DNA from: Candidatus Kaiserbacteria bacterium
GTDB taxonomy: Bacteria > Patescibacteriota > Minisyncoccia > Phycocordibacterales > Phycocordibacteraceae
Direction of reading: 5' to 3'
DNA length: 64,000 nt
Assembly (NCBI GenBank): GCA_963699165.1
Contig: OY969413.1
Location: 212,310 to 276,309 of the forward strand
Part shown: positions 61,061-64,000 of the stretch, piece after piece
How the letters are laid out: each line of letters begins with the position of its first letter
Numbering within the stretch: position 1 is the stretch's first letter
Notes under the pieces: model-generated
Told to the model about the DNA's origin: nothing
The model's input: the letters and a program-made list of their open reading frames with translations, nothing else
Databases searched by the model: none
Translations under genes and position numbers: made by a program

Positions 61061-62104
61061 TCAAATAGTTGTACGCGTCCAGTACTTTTGGCAGTCCCCG
61101 ACGGTTAATGTACACACAATATACCGCAAGGGGGACACCATGCCGAGCGACTGGTGCGGGCGTTTGGTGTTGTACCAGATCAGCCAGTCGACAAGCTTCA
61201 GATTGAAGGAATGAATATCGTCCCGCAGCAGGCCCCGATTCAGCATGATGAAGTCCTCGGAGACGGTGCGATTGAATCGTTCGACGTGGGCATTCATCTT
61301 GGGAGTGCGGGGGCGGGTGTGAAAGTGCGTGAGCCCGAGTTCGGCACAGGCATCCTCGAAGTGTTTGGCGAACTCGCTCCCGTTGTCGGTCTGCAACTCG
61401 TCGATATCGAAGGGGCAAACCTCGATGACTCGGCGAAGGAAGTCGTCCGCGCTTCTCGACGAGTGGTTCGTATACGCGCCCGCAAAGGCGAACTTCCGCT
61501 CCACATCCACTGCCGTGAGGACGTACCGCTTCACGCCGTCGATGAAGCGGACGACGGTATCGAGCTCCATGCCGCGCTTGCCGGTGCGGCGAAGCTTGGT
61601 ACGGCGTTTCTGCGGTGTTTCCGTGTGATTGCCCGTACGTGCGTGGAACGAGAGCCGGCTCTGCTGCGGGAGCAGACCGCGGTTCTTCAAATCCAGAATG
61701 ACCCGCCCAACGTATGACTCCGACACGGAGTGCCCTTCTTCGCGCAGGAGAACGGCAAGCTTTGCTTTCCCAAGCCGGGGATGCGCCTGTCGTTCGCGGA
61801 TGATGAAATCCTCGACCTCGGGCAGAACAGTCCTCCTTCGACGCGCCTTCGGCGCAGTGCTCTTCGGGTCAAGTGCATCAATGCGGCCCTCGTGGGCTTT
61901 GAGTTCCTCCTTCCAGCGATACAAGGTGCGCTCCGAGGTGCCAAAGGCGTCGTATGCGGCCTCCGTCCCGTGCATGTCCCAGAATCCCAATATCTTCACC
62001 CGTCTGTCGACTTCCTTTGGTTTCCGCATATGCCGCAATCGTATCGTCCTTTCCCACATGCTCAACCAGCCCTTCGTACCCCTGAAATTGCTTCTGATGC
62101 GCAT
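61061..62104 (-). CDS. IS481-family transposase, copy 3
   Basis: Same protein with one Y>H change (EEGHSV) and a site-specific C-terminus. Confidence 0.92.
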   Translation of the reverse strand: MRIRSNFRGTKGWLSMWERTIRLRHMRKPKEVDRRVKILGFWDMHGTEAAYDAFGTSERTLYRWKEELKAHEGRIDALDPKSTAPKARRRRTVLPEVEDFIIRERQAHPRLGKAKLAVLLREEGHSVSESYVGRVILDLKNRGLLPQQSRLSFHARTGNHTETPQKRRTKLRRTGKRGMELDTVVRFIDGVKRYVLTAVDVERKFAFAGAYTNHSSRSADDFLRRVIEVCPFDIDELQTDNGSEFAKHFEDACAELGLTHFHTRPRTPKMNAHVERFNRTVSEDFIMLNRGLLRDDIHSFNLKLVDWLIWYNTKRPHQSLGMVSPLRYIVCTLTVGDCQKYWTRTTI

Positions 62105-62149
62105 ATATCCTCGGTTATGAGGACTGCCAAATGTATCTGAACTTATGCA
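61070..62149 (-). mobile_element. IS481-family element A, copy 3
   Basis: Same 1080-bp element; 5-bp target duplication ATAGT (61065-61069 / 62150-62154). Confidence 0.95.
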
Positions 62150-62156
62150 ATAGTCC

Positions 62157-63419
62157 CTACGGATTGTCGACGGTTATAGTGATTTGGGAGGGGTCTTCGG
62201 GGAACGACCGGCGCCAAAACGGGCGCAGAGTGATAATCGCCCGCTTCACCTCGGGATAGTTGGTAAGCGCGACTTCGGCTTCCGAAATCGACTTGCCGCT
62301 AACGGCCGCGGCGATGCGCGTCGGGTCGACGGTGTAGAGAAGCGTGGCCGTGCCGGACAGCGAGAAGTTAAAAGGGGCCGTATCTACGGTGGGAATGATG
62401 TCTATCGGCGTGAGGGTCAGGTTGTTGCTCGGCGTAAACGTGAGGGGTTCGCCTTGATAGGTCGTGAGGCCGCTGATGGACAATGCAATCGTCTTTGCGA
62501 GCGCGGCGTTCGGGAAAACGACGGCCGTGATGGTTCCCTGTTCCCGAATCGTAACCATGCCGGTGCTCGAAGATGTCTGTGGTGCGAGCTCCTGGAATGT
62601 CGTAGTTGCTGCGCCGGGCAAAAGCGTATAGCCGGAAGGGATTTGCGACTTTAGCGACGAGTCGAGGTCCGGCGCGAGCGCGGTGATGAGCGTGCCGGTG
62701 GTTTGCGCCTCGGTATTCGGATCGGTTACGGGAACAGTTCCCGCTTGTCCACCGGAAAACGCGGCCGTCGAACGGGCGTACACTGCTGCCGCCTGCGGCG
62801 TTCCCGCCAATCCGGGAAGCGTGAATGCGGAAGGGCCGACGTTATACGTACTGCCGTTTTGGTCGGCATACACCGTCGCGGATACGCTGCCCGGTTTTGC
62901 GTTGCTACCGGCCGGAACTGTCACACCCGTATGAATGCGGAATATAAGTCCCGAAGCCGTCGCGAAGCGCGTCGTTGCGACAAGCCGCTGCACTTTTGCC
63001 TGCGTGTTGTAGATGGTGATGGTGCCGGACGCAAGCGAGTTTACGGTCTTGGTGCCCGTGCCCTTTACGTCTTGCGATGCTACTTTTTGAGCGGTGATTA
63101 TCTGGTATGGAAGCGCGTTTGCGGTCTGTCCGGTCGTGCTTGCGGAAACGGGCGCATTGCTTGCGGTGAAAGAGTTCTGAACCGCGGCGTTGATGGTGTT
63201 TGGCGTTACTTCCACCCGCGCGGTTGAAAAATACATCAAAACACCCGCCGATGCCGCTACAATAATTACTACGGCGATAAGCGTTCCCCACGGAAAGCGA
63301 TTCCGGCGCTGAGGCGAGCGTGAGAGCCGTTGCGGCGGACCGGATTGACTATCCGCAGGACCGGACGGTCCGACTTCCCTGCGCCGCGAGGGCGGAATTA
63401 TGTCATTTAGTGTAGGCAT
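62157..63419 (-). CDS. Membrane-anchored hypothetical protein, possibly baseplate-J-like
   Basis: DIIPP N-terminus, TM segment, A.G.ITIYN...L...TRF....GL.F motif I associate with CPR baseplate-J-like proteins. Confidence 0.6.
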   Translation of the reverse strand: MPTLNDIIPPSRRREVGPSGPADSQSGPPQRLSRSPQRRNRFPWGTLIAVVIIVAASAGVLMYFSTARVEVTPNTINAAVQNSFTASNAPVSASTTGQTANALPYQIITAQKVASQDVKGTGTKTVNSLASGTITIYNTQAKVQRLVATTRFATASGLIFRIHTGVTVPAGSNAKPGSVSATVYADQNGSTYNVGPSAFTLPGLAGTPQAAAVYARSTAAFSGGQAGTVPVTDPNTEAQTTGTLITALAPDLDSSLKSQIPSGYTLLPGAATTTFQELAPQTSSSTGMVTIREQGTITAVVFPNAALAKTIALSISGLTTYQGEPLTFTPSNNLTLTPIDIIPTVDTAPFNFSLSGTATLLYTVDPTRIAAAVSGKSISEAEVALTNYPEVKRAIITLRPFWRRSFPEDPSQITITVDNP

Positions 63420-63473
63420 TTTTGAAGTATATCAGTTTTCGGCAGCGGCAAATCGCACCGTCTGTGCATAGTA

Positions 63474-64000
63474 CTATTTACGCTCATCCGAACGGTACGA
63501 CAAGTACAAAGCCATGAGCAAAAGCGAGAGGTCGGGTGCCGGTGCGGCCGACTGCCGTACCAATCCGTTGAGGTGGCTAGGTAGCACGGTGACGATTTTC
63601 GGCGGATTGTTCGAGAGCCAGAGCTTCTCCAGTACGGTTGCGCTCAGTTCGCGTTTCATTTCGGCCGTTTCCGGTTCGCCGCCGAGCAGGAGAATCGTTC
63701 TCGGCAGCGGATAATTTTTGGCAAGTTCGGACAGCTCGCGTTCTACATCTTCCGTCCATGGATTCTCGCTGCCGTCCGGCACATCGACGATAACGGCCAA
63801 AATTCTGTTGCGAACTATGGCGATGGACGTTATCGGCCCGACCGCATCGATAATAAGCGCGTCGTTTTCGTGCGGAAATGCCCGCAACATGGTCTGAAAA
63901 CGAAGCGAACCGCCGCCGATAGAAAGAATATTTCTCGTATGATAGGCGCTTCGCAACATGGCGTCGGTGTTTTTCACGACCGTCTCGTCGATTTTTGAGG
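63474..64000 (-). CDS. Hypothetical protein, C-terminal part (runs off the window)
   Basis: Open frame to the window edge; LIIDA.G..T.I and ILLLGG weakly recall an actin/FtsA-like fold. Confidence 0.5.
   Translation of the reverse strand, partial: SKIDETVVKNTDAMLRSAYHTRNILSIGGGSLRFQTMLRAFPHENDALIIDAVGPITSIAIVRNRILAVIVDVPDGSENPWTEDVERELSELAKNYPLPRTILLLGGEPETAEMKRELSATVLEKLWLSNNPPKIVTVLPSHLNGLVRQSAAPAPDLSLLLMALYLSYRSDERK

Noticed and set aside
60753-61418. 221-aa IS-infA fusion ORF
   Set aside because: Chance in-frame read-through from an alternative IS frame; the true infA start is most likely 61022

Overview
Bacterial chromosome segment (standard genetic code; TGA is used as a stop) that looks like Patescibacteria/CPR (Parcubacteria-type). 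This rests on compact housekeeping genes, no biosynthetic pathways beyond peptidoglycan, CPR-style hypothetical proteins and scarce Shine-Dalgarno motifs; the taxonomy is an inference. Content: mreC-pbp2, greA, lysS fused to a DUF2000-like domain, mraZ-rsmH-ftsL-like-ftsI-murF, tRNA-Glu, a large S74-chaperone repeat surface protein, rmuC, rplU, a DEAD-box helicase, recR, dnaB, cysS, corA, ctpA, rplI, rpmA, LOG, alkA, an M23 peptidase, gltX, murG-ftsW-mraY, scpAB, pepA, aspS, trpS, tRNA-Tyr, tyrS, an ABC exporter, grpE-dnaK-dnaJ and infA-rpmJ-rpsMKD-rpoA-rplQ-rplM-rpsI. Mobile DNA: one IS30-family element, three near-identical copies of an IS481-family element, a second IS481-family element and three miniature inverted-repeat elements. 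Highlights: (1) both tRNA genes are followed by fold-back modules carrying antisense and direct copies of their own tRNA 3' end; (2) a symmetric dif-like 11-6-11 site lies where gene orientation flips; (3) a 108-bp inverted-repeat element is inserted in frame right after the rsmH start codon; (4) a ~340-nt structured non-coding region precedes a frameshifted IS30 transposase; (5) many genes show a leaderless-type -10 box 6-7 nt before the ATG. All calls come from reading the sequence; no database searches were run.
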